Source: Candidatus Latescibacterota bacterium (lineage in GTDB: Bacteria > Latescibacterota > UBA2968). Taken from it: a stretch of 64,000 nucleotides of DNA. Location of the stretch: contig OZ242195.1 of NCBI GenBank assembly GCA_965205975.1, positions 1,056,001 to 1,120,000 of the forward strand, written 5' to 3'. Numbering within the stretch: the stretch's first letter is position 1; each line of letters opens with the position of its first letter. Of this stretch, positions 1 through 9,533 are shown piece after piece. The notes beneath the pieces were generated by a model. That model had not been told where the DNA came from and did no database searches. It was given only the letters and a program-made list of their open reading frames with translations. The translations under genes were made by a program, and so were the position numbers.

Positions 1-140
1 CCCAGGCGTTGTGCGGTGGCATTGGCGCGAGTTTCGTCGATGTCACACACGCCCACGAGATCGGATAGTGGATTTTCAACATAAATATCAGCGTGCCGGT
101 TGCCAATTGGCCCCAGCCCGATGACACATACACGTAGCAT
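1..140 (-). CDS. Gfo/Idh/MocA family oxidoreductase, N-terminal part only (runs off the window)
   Basis: Manual translation from ATG at 140 gives MLRVCVIGLGPIGNRHADIYVENPLSDLVGVCDID, a Rossmann GxGxxG motif. GGAG RBS upstream. Absent from the ORF track. Confidence 0.8.
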   Translation of the reverse strand, partial: MLRVCVIGLGPIGNRHADIYVENPLSDLVGVCDIDETRANATAQRL

Positions 141-171
141 AAGGAAGGATCTCCATATTTGGGATTGGTGC

Positions 172-1221
172 TCAATCGTCCAGTGTTTGCTGGCGGCGGC
201 GGCGGGCGAGTTCGCGCAGATTGTCAACGCGGTCAGATTCATCGACGATTTCAGAGCCGAGAATTGCTTCGAGTACGTCTTCAAGGGTCAGAACGCCAGC
301 GAGGCCTCCGTATTCATCGATGACGGTAAAGAGGTGTTGGCGACGGTCGAGGAACATTTGCAAGATGCGGTCGAGGCTATGCGATTCGGCGACAAAATGC
401 ACGGGGTGCATGAGGTCTGATAATTTACTGTGACCGTGGTCATCTGTGAGTGCAGCCAGGATGTCGCGCCGCAAAACAATGCCGACAATGTCTTCAACGT
501 CTTTCTCGTAAACGGGAATGCGGCTGTGAGACCATATTCCGCGCTGGTCGCGGGCTTCTTCAACGGTGAGGTCGTCTTTGAGTGAAAAGACGACGGTTCG
601 GGGGGTCATGACTTCATGGGCGGTTTTGGATTTGAGGGAGAGTATATTTTGTATCACGCGCGCCTCTGTGGGGTCCAATGCGCCACTGCGCCTTCCCAGG
701 CGTGCGAGTGAAATGAGTTCTTCATCGGAAATATCCTGTTCTTTTTGTTCTTTGGCAATCATGCGCGTGGCCAGGCGCGACAATACAATAAATGGTGTGA
801 ATATCCAGACCAATAATTGGAGAGGGCGGGCGATCATGCTGGACAGTGGGCGAGCGTAAACCACGCCGACTGTTTTGGGCAGGAGTTCTGATAAGAATAA
901 GATGGCGAAGGTCATTGCGATGGAGAAGACTATGCCCGCAAAGGATTCGCCGGTATTTTTCTCTCCCATAACCGCGGTGGCAAAAAGAAATCCCGCCAAG
1001 CTGACGCCGCCGGTATTTGATATGGTGTTCAGGGATAAGATAGCGGAAATTGGGCGGTCAATAGTTTGGCGCAAGCGTCGCAAGATTAAACCAGAAGTTT
1101 TGTTTTCTCGCGCGAGGGTTTCAATATGGCTGATGGGCACAGAATAGAGTACGGCTTCAAAGAGCGAGCACATGGCAGATATTAAAATAACAGCAGCGAC
1201 AACAATAATAAGCTCGATCAT
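172..1221 (-). CDS. CNNM/DUF21 plus CBS-pair membrane protein (HlyC/CorC family)
   Basis: N-terminal TM helices, FLSELLPK, VMTPR, HSRIPVY and VIDEYGGLAGVLTLEDVLE motifs. Confidence 0.9.
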   Translation of the reverse strand: MIELIIVVAAVILISAMCSLFEAVLYSVPISHIETLARENKTSGLILRRLRQTIDRPISAILSLNTISNTGGVSLAGFLFATAVMGEKNTGESFAGIVFSIAMTFAILFLSELLPKTVGVVYARPLSSMIARPLQLLVWIFTPFIVLSRLATRMIAKEQKEQDISDEELISLARLGRRSGALDPTEARVIQNILSLKSKTAHEVMTPRTVVFSLKDDLTVEEARDQRGIWSHSRIPVYEKDVEDIVGIVLRRDILAALTDDHGHSKLSDLMHPVHFVAESHSLDRILQMFLDRRQHLFTVIDEYGGLAGVLTLEDVLEAILGSEIVDESDRVDNLRELARRRRQQTLDD

Positions 1222-1449
1222 GGGATTTTATCTCCTGGCACAGTTTGGCAAAGACGGGGAGGGTTTTGTCTTTATTTAAGCATAAATTATTTTTCGTCAA
1301 GGTGTTTGCGAGGCGGGTACTACTTTGATAGAAGTCCGACTCCTGGTTTGCAATAAGGTATTTTTTCTTGCCAAGTGAGGGTGAATCCGCTAAATTACGG
1401 CGTCCTGTTTTCCGAGATTTTATGGAGTTTATCATTTTTATAAAATGCT

Positions 1450-1830
1450 ATGAAGCGCGAAAGAATACATTATAACACGGTACGCGAGATTTGTTTTTCG
1501 CCAGAAGATATTGCTCGCCTTTCCGATAATTTACAGGAAAATGGCGCGCCATGTCATATCAGACATTTAGTGCCCGGCGAGGCAGACCCCGTGCGTTTGG
1601 CACAGGTCAAAGACGTCATTGAGACGGTGTTGACAGGGCGCAAGTACGAGGTTTTGTTGCTGCGCTCACAGGGCAAGACTTTTACAGAAATTGCGCTGCT
1701 TTTAGAGATCTCAAAAAGTGCAGTACAAAGCCACTACCGCCTCGCCATACGGCGGGTGCAACGCGCTCTGGGTATAGAATCCGGGCAAAGGGTCAAACCC
1801 CCATCACCATCGATGTATTCTATGGTCTAA
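1450..1830 (+). CDS. Small sigma-70 region 4/LuxR-type HTH protein
   Basis: LTGRKYEVLLLRSQGKTFTEIALLLEISKSAVQSHYRLAIRRV fits a region-4 HTH. No region 2 is present. Confidence 0.7.
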   Translation: MKRERIHYNTVREICFSPEDIARLSDNLQENGAPCHIRHLVPGEADPVRLAQVKDVIETVLTGRKYEVLLLRSQGKTFTEIALLLEISKSAVQSHYRLAIRRVQRALGIESGQRVKPPSPSMYSMV

Positions 1831-2000
1831 CTTTTCTCTCCCTGTTTTGTCAATCAGGTTCCGCTTTGTGCGCGACCTGTTTTTTTTTGCTCCAAGCCTC
1901 CAGTTCCTCGCCTTTTTCTTGTCTTTGTCTCATTCCTTTGTATCTTTGGTGGTCATTGAAGTTGTAAATCGCACTTTTTCATTTTTCAAAGGAGTTTTCC

Positions 2001-2378
2001 ATGGCTGTATTTCTTCATACGCGCGTTCGCGTGAGCGATTTGGACAGGTCGATCCAGTATTATTGCGATCATTTTGGTTTTGTGGTAAAGAGTCGTTCGG
2101 AAAAGTCGCCAGCGGGCAACCAGATTTGCCATCTGGAATTGCCAGGCAACGAGCATACGCTGGAATTGACGTATTCCGATGATTACGAGTTGAATGTGCC
2201 CGAAGATTTGATGCACTTCGCGATCGGCGTGCCCGATTTGATTGCATTTTGCGATGAGTTGGAAAAAAACGGACTCGAAATCTGGCCCGGCGATTGGCGA
2301 GAGACATTCCCCACAGGGCGCAAAATGGCGTTTGTCGATGATCCCGATGGGTATGAAATTGAGTTGTTGGAGAGGTAA
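2001..2378 (+). CDS. VOC/glyoxalase family protein (lactoylglutathione lyase-like)
   Basis: FLHTRVRVSDLDRSIQYY, LELTY, HFAIGV and AFVDDPDGYEIELLE motifs. AGGAG RBS. Confidence 0.9.
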   Translation: MAVFLHTRVRVSDLDRSIQYYCDHFGFVVKSRSEKSPAGNQICHLELPGNEHTLELTYSDDYELNVPEDLMHFAIGVPDLIAFCDELEKNGLEIWPGDWRETFPTGRKMAFVDDPDGYEIELLER

Positions 2379-2399
2379 ATCAGGCAAGGGGAGTAAGAC

Positions 2400-2627
2400 G
2401 TGCAGCACCGTCATTTGAATCATCAACGCTTTACACTCGCCGCGATAGACGATGTGATTCGTCGTGGTCGCTGGGATGATTGGGCTGAGTTGCGTCGTGC
2501 GGCTCTTGAAGACCGCGCTTTGCTCGATAAAATTGAGCGCGTTTGTGCCCATTGCGTTGCTGACCCGTATGCTCAGCGTCATCACTTTTGGATGAATTAT
2601 GTCAAAAAACACCGCGATACTCCCTGA
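2400..2627 (+). CDS. Small helical protein, putative antitoxin of the downstream nucleotidyltransferase
   Basis: 75 aa, GTG start with GGGGAG RBS. It overlaps the downstream AbiEii-like gene. Confidence 0.6.
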   Translation: MQHRHLNHQRFTLAAIDDVIRRGRWDDWAELRRAALEDRALLDKIERVCAHCVADPYAQRHHFWMNYVKKHRDTP

Positions 2628-3306
2628 GTGGGATCGCGTGCTGTCGTCGGCGTGTCGCCTCCAGCAGATCCTGCCTGAAGCTGTGTTGGTGGGGGGGACT
2701 GCGGCAGCCATCCATGCCGAGCATCGTCTTTCTCAGGACGCAGATCATGTATTGCTTGATCTGCGCCGTCGATTCGATGAGATTCTCGCTCAATTAGAGT
2801 CTGTGTCCGGATGGCAGACTGCCCGCGTGACGCGCCCGGTCCAAATACTCGGCAGCCTTGACGGAATTGAGACGGGTGTGCGCCAACTGATCCGCGGCGA
2901 GCCACTGGAAACGACGACGCTCCAACATCAAGGTGCGATGTTGACCATCCCAACTCGAGCGGAAATACTCCGCATCAAAGGCGTGCTGATTCTCAAACGC
3001 AACGCGACACGCGACTATCTCGACTTTGTCGCACTCGCACACCAAATGGACGACCAGGACGTAGCAGAGGCCCTGCGACCTTTCGATAGATTGTACCGCC
3101 AGGGCAACGGGGAGTCCACATTGCAACAATTACAGGTGCAACTCTCAAATCCCTTGCCCTACGACTTAGAGGACACAGAACTTTCCGAATACAAGGATCT
3201 TGCCGCACAGTGGCACGACTGGAACGCGGTGACAGCGGTTTGCATCCAGGTCGCGGTTGTTGTTTTCGATTACATTTGCGAACAGAATGACCCGGTCCAG
3301 GACTGA
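2599..3306 (+). CDS. AbiEii/AbiGii-like nucleotidyltransferase (putative toxin)
   Basis: VLVGGTA...HRLSQDAD (GG and DxD of the Pol-beta NTase fold) and C-terminal K...KRNATRDYLD. Confidence 0.75.
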   Translation: MSKNTAILPEWDRVLSSACRLQQILPEAVLVGGTAAAIHAEHRLSQDADHVLLDLRRRFDEILAQLESVSGWQTARVTRPVQILGSLDGIETGVRQLIRGEPLETTTLQHQGAMLTIPTRAEILRIKGVLILKRNATRDYLDFVALAHQMDDQDVAEALRPFDRLYRQGNGESTLQQLQVQLSNPLPYDLEDTELSEYKDLAAQWHDWNAVTAVCIQVAVVVFDYICEQNDPVQD

Positions 3307-3761
3307 TGTTACCCAATTTAACTGTGCGTCCAGCGCAGATTTCTGATAGAAATGCACTTAATGAACTGGTGGAAGCAGTTGGACCACAATGTGTTGTGAG
3401 GTTTTCGAGTGGGCGTGCTTCCATAGATATGAAGCAGACGCTTGTGGCTGTGCAGGGCGATTGTGTGATTGGGTTTGTGGCGTGGTATCAAGATGAAATG
3501 CAGGCTGTGATTGTGGGGCTTGGGGTGCGTGATACGCATCGGCGCTTTGGCGTGGCAACGCAGTTGGTCAATGCGCTGACAGAGCATTTGCGTGAGGCGG
3601 GTGTGCGGTTGTTGGAGGTGATTGTGTCGCGCGATAGGGCTGGTGCAATGACCTTTTTTAAATCGATAGGATTCAGGCGGTTGGGACGCAGTGCTGCGGA
3701 CCGAGTTACATTTGAGTATCGCTTGTGGGGGCGCAGAAATCGGGCAGATGGATTTGCGTAA
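3306..3761 (+). CDS. GNAT family N-acetyltransferase
   Basis: LGVRDTHRRFGVATQL (motif A) and AMTFFKSIGF. TGATG overlap with the upstream gene. Confidence 0.85.
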   Translation: MLPNLTVRPAQISDRNALNELVEAVGPQCVVRFSSGRASIDMKQTLVAVQGDCVIGFVAWYQDEMQAVIVGLGVRDTHRRFGVATQLVNALTEHLREAGVRLLEVIVSRDRAGAMTFFKSIGFRRLGRSAADRVTFEYRLWGRRNRADGFA

Positions 3762-3775
3762 TCAGTTGTATCTAT

Positions 3776-3817
3776 ACAGGAGGCGAGAGATGCGCGGTTG
3801 CATCTTTTGTCTCCTGT
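3776..3817 (+). terminator. Long stem-loop downstream of the GNAT gene
   Basis: ACAGGAGGCGAGAGATGC-N6-GCATCTTTTGTCTCCTGT forms an 18-bp stem with G-U pairs. Confidence 0.55.
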
Positions 3818-3860
3818 TATTAGTTTGGTAGCTCACGCAGGTGATTGAGAAAGGTGGATT

Positions 3861-5816
3861 ATGGCCGAAGTACAAGCCTCAAATACAACAGATGCGGCAA
3901 CGCGCGAGGGCATCACGCTCAGGGCTGTTTTTTTTGGATTGGTGGTGGTGCTGTGGATTGCGTTTTGGAATACGCATGCCGAGTATATCGCCCACACATC
4001 GCGTATGAATATCAGCCATTTCCCAATGGTATTGTTGTGTACATACATACTGGTGGTGTTGCTGAATCAGTTGGTGCGCTGGATAAAGCCCCGATATGCG
4101 CTGTGTCAAACTGAGTTGCTGGTGGTACTGGCGATGGGGCTTTTGGGCGCGGCCATTCCCGCTTATGGTTTGACGAGTTTTTTCCTGGGCATGATTTCAG
4201 TGCCGCATTATCTGGCGACGCCCGAAAATCAATGGTCGGAATTTGTCCATCCGCATTTGCCCGATTGGCTGGTACCGAGCAATGAAGGCCATGCCATGCA
4301 ATGGCTTTACGAGGGCTTGCCAGCGGGGCAGTCCATTCCCTGGGATGTGTGGGTTGTGCCGCTGTTCTGGTGGTTGAGCGTTGTTGCCGCCATTGTTCTG
4401 GCGTCTATCGCGCTTTCGAGTATGTTGCGAAAACAGTGGTCGGAGCACGAACGCGTGGCCTATCCCGTGCTCGGTCCACCCGTAGATTTGGCCTCAGCTG
4501 CCGACGCACCTAAGCGAGAAGGCATTTTGTACAATCGGTTGTTCTGGATCGGATGCGGCCTGATTTTTTTTGTGAAGGCGTGGAATATTATGTCGTATTT
4601 CAATCCCGGTGTTCCCATTATCTGGTTGGGACAGCAGTGGTTTTATTTTGCCAGATTTTATCCGCCACAGCATACAGGGGTGAATTTTTTTACGATTGGC
4701 TTTGCGTATTTTGCCAATGTGGATGTATTGTTTTCCATTCTGGTATTTCATGTTCTATATCTCAACGAGATTGCTTTTTTTCGCAGGATTGGGTTCACAT
4801 TGTCAGCCAAAACAGGTCCCGGCGATGCAGTGGCTGGTTTGCAAAGTGCCGGGGCATTTATCGCTCTGGTATTCTGGACATTTTGGACGGCGCGGTTGCA
4901 TTTGAAGGATGTGTTTCGCAAGGCTTGGCGGGGCGATGATACCGTGGATGATTCGAATGAGTTGATGTCGCACCGCATGGCGGTTATTTCGCTTGGGATC
5001 AGCGTGTTGTTCTTGCTGTTGTGGTTGCGCACTATGGGGTTGGAATGGAAATTTGCGTGTCTATTAACTTTGGGTTTGTTCATCGCTTATGTTGGGCTTG
5101 CCCGCATTATTGCCGAGACTGGTGTGGTGTATATGAGCATGCCGATCAACGAGGCAGGGTTTGCAGGTTTGTTTTTTCATCCGGCAGATTATTCGGCGGG
5201 GGCGCGAACGTCAATCACGTTGTTTTCTTCCCTGCGTTGCCAGAGCAAGGCGATGTTTATGGTGCCCCTGGTTCACATTGCGAGGTTGGGCGAGTTGATC
5301 CAGCAGCAAAGGGGGCGTTTGTTAGTGGTCGTGCTTGTGACGCTTGTCGTCGGGATCGGTGGCACGATAATTCTGACAATTTTTTTGAGTTATACATACG
5401 GCGCGTATAATTTTAATGATCTTCCATTTACGCGCTATCCGCCGCGCGTGTACGACGCTCTGGTCAAAGCGTTAAAAGAAGTGCCCGAATACAAACCCGA
5501 ACGCTATTTGTTTTTAGGTGCTGGGATGCTCATTTTTAGTGTTATGAGTGTTTTGCGGTATCGCTTTACATGGTGGCCCCTGCATCCTATAGGGATGATT
5601 GTGCCAGTGGGGCACGCGATGCATTCGACGATGTCTATTTTGATTGCGTGGAGTGCCAAAGCGATTATTCTTCGCATTGGAGGAGCTTCACTTTATCAGC
5701 GTAGCAGGCCCTTTTTTGTCGGGATGCTGGTGGGCTATGGGCTTGCCGTGTTTGTGTCATATCTGGTGGATCAAATCTGGTTTCCCGGACGCGGGCATCA
5801 CATGCATTCGTGGTAG
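3861..5816 (+). CDS. Polytopic membrane protein, DUF6785/DUF6784-like (putative transporter)
   Basis: 651 aa with many TM segments. GITLRAV, LRKQWSEHERVAYP, WWPLHPIG and RPFFVGMLVG motifs recalled for this family. Confidence 0.75.
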   Translation: MAEVQASNTTDAATREGITLRAVFFGLVVVLWIAFWNTHAEYIAHTSRMNISHFPMVLLCTYILVVLLNQLVRWIKPRYALCQTELLVVLAMGLLGAAIPAYGLTSFFLGMISVPHYLATPENQWSEFVHPHLPDWLVPSNEGHAMQWLYEGLPAGQSIPWDVWVVPLFWWLSVVAAIVLASIALSSMLRKQWSEHERVAYPVLGPPVDLASAADAPKREGILYNRLFWIGCGLIFFVKAWNIMSYFNPGVPIIWLGQQWFYFARFYPPQHTGVNFFTIGFAYFANVDVLFSILVFHVLYLNEIAFFRRIGFTLSAKTGPGDAVAGLQSAGAFIALVFWTFWTARLHLKDVFRKAWRGDDTVDDSNELMSHRMAVISLGISVLFLLLWLRTMGLEWKFACLLTLGLFIAYVGLARIIAETGVVYMSMPINEAGFAGLFFHPADYSAGARTSITLFSSLRCQSKAMFMVPLVHIARLGELIQQQRGRLLVVVLVTLVVGIGGTIILTIFLSYTYGAYNFNDLPFTRYPPRVYDALVKALKEVPEYKPERYLFLGAGMLIFSVMSVLRYRFTWWPLHPIGMIVPVGHAMHSTMSILIAWSAKAIILRIGGASLYQRSRPFFVGMLVGYGLAVFVSYLVDQIWFPGRGHHMHSW

Positions 5817-5821
5817 GGAAT

Positions 5822-7264
5822 ATGAGCAATCAGTCTTTGGCAACACGAGCGGTGCGCGGGGCGTTTTGGACAGGCGGTGGGTTGGGCGTGCATCTCATCG
5901 TGACACTGATTTTTTTTCGAATTCTGAATCTGGAAGATATGGGGTATTTCATCTGGGCACAGCGCGTTTTGGTTTTGTTTCAGATGGTTGGTGTATTGGG
6001 GCTAAACGATGCTCTGATAAAATATCAAGATGCCTCGCGGATTCATTTTTCTTCTGCTTTTTGGGCCTGTCTTTTTGTGGGGATTGTGCTTTTTGTCGGG
6101 TTTATAGGAAGTGAGTGGCTTCTCATTATCTGGTTGGGAAGAACGCCGAATATAGCGGCGTTTTTTGATATTGCAAAACCCATGGCTCTGATAATTCCCC
6201 TCGCGTCTGTTTCGGGCATTGTAAAAGCAATTCTGGCTCGGGATTTGCGTTTTCAATCCATAGCAATAAGTGAGGTGGCCGCTGCGTTGATTGCCGCAAT
6301 TGTTGGCATTGGTCTTCTCATTGGCGGTTGGGGCATAAAAAGTGCGGTTTGGAATGCAATAACGAGGGAGATCGCATTATTGGGCGGTTTGTGGATTGCC
6401 GCTGCCTGGATGCCGTCGCTGTCGTTTAGTTGGGCAAAACTGAAGGCGCTTTTGCCATTTGGATTTAATGTTTCTGGCGCGAATCTGCTCAACAATATCA
6501 ACAATAATCTGGACAAGGTCTATTTTGTTCCCGTTTTGCTGGGGCCTGTTGCGGCGGGGCTGTACGCTTTTGCCTATCAATACACAATGGTTCCATTGAA
6601 TCGGGCGAGTGTTGTGCTAACGCGGGTGATTTTTCCAGCTTTTTCTGTGGTGCAGCGCAATAATAAGACTTTGCGACGGGGATATACGCGCACTATTACT
6701 GCGATTGCCCTTTTGTCCTGGCCCGCGCTAATAGGTGGTTTTATTTATGGGCGAGAGATTTTGTTGCTCGTAAAAGGCGAGGAGATGTTGTCTGCTCTTA
6801 ATCCACTCAGGCTGTTGATTTTAGCAGGTATGCTCAAAGCTGTGGGGACGGTTGTGGGATCGGTTTTTCTCGCCAAGGGAAAGGCAAATTGGTCGTTTCG
6901 ATGGACGCTTGTAAATCTGATTGTTTTTGTGCCCGCGCTTTATTGGGGCGTGCGCTATGGTATTGATGGGATCGCCGCCGTGCTTTCAGCGGCTGCCGTG
7001 TTGTTTCTCGTGGTTACGCAATTACTGGTCAACCGGTTGATTGATTTGCGAATGACCGATTATTTTAAGTCATTTGTCGGGCCGTTGCTGACGACGCTGT
7101 TGGTTGCGGTTGCGCTGGTCGCGGTTCGTTCATTGACAGATTTGAAGCCTGTTGAAGCTCTGTTGTCGGGTGTGGTGGTCGGTAGTATTGCTTATGCTAT
7201 TGCTCTTCGTTTGTTTGCCTGGGAATTTGTGATGCGGTTCTGGCGTGATTTTCGGGGACAATAG
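5822..7264 (+). CDS. Polysaccharide flippase, Wzx/WzxC-like (MOP superfamily)
   Basis: SLATRAVRGAFW N-terminus, LARDLRF, GLYAFAY and RVIFPAFS motifs, multiple TM helices. Confidence 0.8.
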   Translation: MSNQSLATRAVRGAFWTGGGLGVHLIVTLIFFRILNLEDMGYFIWAQRVLVLFQMVGVLGLNDALIKYQDASRIHFSSAFWACLFVGIVLFVGFIGSEWLLIIWLGRTPNIAAFFDIAKPMALIIPLASVSGIVKAILARDLRFQSIAISEVAAALIAAIVGIGLLIGGWGIKSAVWNAITREIALLGGLWIAAAWMPSLSFSWAKLKALLPFGFNVSGANLLNNINNNLDKVYFVPVLLGPVAAGLYAFAYQYTMVPLNRASVVLTRVIFPAFSVVQRNNKTLRRGYTRTITAIALLSWPALIGGFIYGREILLLVKGEEMLSALNPLRLLILAGMLKAVGTVVGSVFLAKGKANWSFRWTLVNLIVFVPALYWGVRYGIDGIAAVLSAAAVLFLVVTQLLVNRLIDLRMTDYFKSFVGPLLTTLLVAVALVAVRSLTDLKPVEALLSGVVVGSIAYAIALRLFAWEFVMRFWRDFRGQ

Positions 7265-7342
7265 GTAAAAAATTGTGATTGTTTTGTCCGTCTGTTCATG
7301 GCATAATGCAAGTGTTCGGCTGGAAAATAGAAGGAGGCCGCT

Positions 7343-8425
7343 TTGAAAACCTATCGCGTGGGTATTATTGGATTGGGGCGAATGGGCAGCACTATTGACG
7401 ATGAAGGGCATGCTGTCAAACCGTATTCTATTGCGGCTTGTTGTGAGGTGATAGATCAACTCGAACTGGTCGCTGGCTCCGATTTGCAGGCAGATAAGCG
7501 GGCGGCTTTTACCGAGCGATGGGGTGTGAAGGCTGTGTACGAAGATTATCTGGAGATGGTGGCGCGAGAGTCGCTCGATCTGGTGGCGGTGTGTACAACG
7601 GCTTCGGGTTTGTTTAAGCCCGCTAATGAAGCCCCCGATGCCAATTTCAGGGGCGATTCGCATGCGGATTTAACCGTGAGCCTTGCCAATGCTGGGGTGC
7701 CGATGTTGTATGTGGAGAAGGCGATGGCGAGTTCAATGGTGCGGGCAGATGAGATTTTGGAAGCGGTGAAAGCAAATGGCACTGTGTTTAATACGGGTGT
7801 TTTGAGGCGATTTAACGTGAGCTATCACGCCGTGCGCCGCGCAATTGTCGAGGGTGAAATTGGTGAACCCAAAGCAGCTATTCACTACGCGGCCTCATCT
7901 TTGATGCACGGGCATATCCACTCTATAGATACGCTCTCCTTTTTGTTGGGCGATCCGAAAATCGAAGCAGTGCGGGGCGAGTTGTTGCCGCGAGATTTTG
8001 AGATTGAGAACAATCACATTGCTTTTGATCCGAGCGCGACCTTTCAACTGCGATTTGAAAATGGCGTAGAAGCCTGGTCGGTACCCGCTGGTGGATGGGA
8101 GTTTGAGGTGATAGGGACCAAAGGGTGTATCCGGTCGATCAATAACGGCGATGGCATAAAGCTCAGAAAAGCCGGCAGCCTGGTGGGCAAACGCCAGGGA
8201 TGGTATGATGCAGAGGTCGCGCCTGTTGTGCCCCAAAGCCATGTGGTGTCGTGTTTGGAGGATTTGATAGACGCTTATGAGCAAGGGCGTCCAACACTGG
8301 GGCATATAGAGATCGCCCATCACATCACTGAGGCATGTATTGCCGTGGCGGAGAGCCATCGTCGGGGAGGTGCGTGGGTTAATCTGCCGTTGGGGGACAG
8401 GGATTTGTACATCTTTCACGTTTAG
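7343..8425 (+). CDS. Gfo/Idh/MocA family oxidoreductase
   Basis: VGIIGLGRMG and YVEKAMA motifs. GGAGG RBS, TTG start. Confidence 0.9.
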   Translation: MKTYRVGIIGLGRMGSTIDDEGHAVKPYSIAACCEVIDQLELVAGSDLQADKRAAFTERWGVKAVYEDYLEMVARESLDLVAVCTTASGLFKPANEAPDANFRGDSHADLTVSLANAGVPMLYVEKAMASSMVRADEILEAVKANGTVFNTGVLRRFNVSYHAVRRAIVEGEIGEPKAAIHYAASSLMHGHIHSIDTLSFLLGDPKIEAVRGELLPRDFEIENNHIAFDPSATFQLRFENGVEAWSVPAGGWEFEVIGTKGCIRSINNGDGIKLRKAGSLVGKRQGWYDAEVAPVVPQSHVVSCLEDLIDAYEQGRPTLGHIEIAHHITEACIAVAESHRRGGAWVNLPLGDRDLYIFHV

Positions 8426-8445
8426 GCCATTATTGGGAGCGGACC

Positions 8446-9522
8446 ATGAAAACATACCGCGCAGCATTGATTGGATGCAGTCGGATGGGGGCATTTATTG
8501 ACAATGAGGTGGATCACACGCGGGCGTATTCCCATGCGGCGGGATACGAGGCATGTGATCGAACAGATCTGGTCGCGTGTTCGGATCTGCGCGAAGATGT
8601 GATGGCGCAGGCGGGCGAGCGATATGGGGTTCCAAAATCGCGGCAGTACACGGATTATCGGGAACTTATCAATACAGAAGAGCCAGATATTGTGAGCGTG
8701 GCGACGCAGCCAGAGCAACGCGCAGAAATTGTAGTGTATGCTGCCGAGCACGGGGCAAAGGCGATTTATGCTGAAAAAGCGATGGCGGCTTCTATGGCGG
8801 ATGCCGATGCAATGGTCAGTGCGTGTGAGCGCAATGAGGTGTTCTTCAATTTGGGCACCAATCGGCGATGGGATCGGGGGTATGACAGTATGAAGGAGGT
8901 GATAGACAGCGGGCGCATTGGACAGTTGCGATCGCTGATTATTCACCAGACGAGTTCTCTTTTCAATGGTGCGAGTCACAGTTTTGATCTGTTGATGCGC
9001 CTCAATAGCGACCATCCCGCGTTGTGGGTGCAGGGACATCTATCGCAGGGTGCAGATGAGATTGAGGGGAATATTTTGAAGGCGGATCCCGTGGGGCACG
9101 GGATTATCCAGTTTGAAAATGGCGTGACGGCGTATGCCCTCAATTCCGGGAGGGGTATGGAGGTCGAAGCCGTGGGCGATGCGGGTGTTGTGACGGCTTT
9201 GCAAAATGGTGCTGGGTGGCAGGTGCGCGAGGTGGTTGGGCACGATCACAGGGGGCGGAATGTGCTGGGGTTTGGGGATTTTCCAGAGGTGGAGCCGACG
9301 AGTTCAACGGTGCATTTGATTGAGGATCTGGCACACGCGCTGGATACGGGCGAACCGACGCGGTGCGGTGTGCGGTTGGCACATGCCAATCAAGAATTGA
9401 TTTTTGCTTGTGTCGAGTCGCACCAGCGAGGGGGCGAGCGGGTGCATCTGCCGTTGAAAGATTGTCCTTATCGCATGGATCGCGGTTTTGCACCCAGGCA
9501 ACCGAAGTTTGAACGTGAATAA
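8446..9522 (+). CDS. Gfo/Idh/MocA family oxidoreductase (paralog of the upstream gene)
   Basis: ALIGCSRMG and IYAEKAMA motifs. Shares MKTYR and ESH...GG motifs with its neighbour. Confidence 0.9.
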   Translation: MKTYRAALIGCSRMGAFIDNEVDHTRAYSHAAGYEACDRTDLVACSDLREDVMAQAGERYGVPKSRQYTDYRELINTEEPDIVSVATQPEQRAEIVVYAAEHGAKAIYAEKAMAASMADADAMVSACERNEVFFNLGTNRRWDRGYDSMKEVIDSGRIGQLRSLIIHQTSSLFNGASHSFDLLMRLNSDHPALWVQGHLSQGADEIEGNILKADPVGHGIIQFENGVTAYALNSGRGMEVEAVGDAGVVTALQNGAGWQVREVVGHDHRGRNVLGFGDFPEVEPTSSTVHLIEDLAHALDTGEPTRCGVRLAHANQELIFACVESHQRGGERVHLPLKDCPYRMDRGFAPRQPKFERE

Positions 9523-9533
9523 AGGAGGTTATT

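Noticed and set aside
1850..1933. 27-codon minus-strand mini-ORF (MRQRQEKG...)
   Set aside because: It is too short, low in complexity, and has poor RBS spacing.
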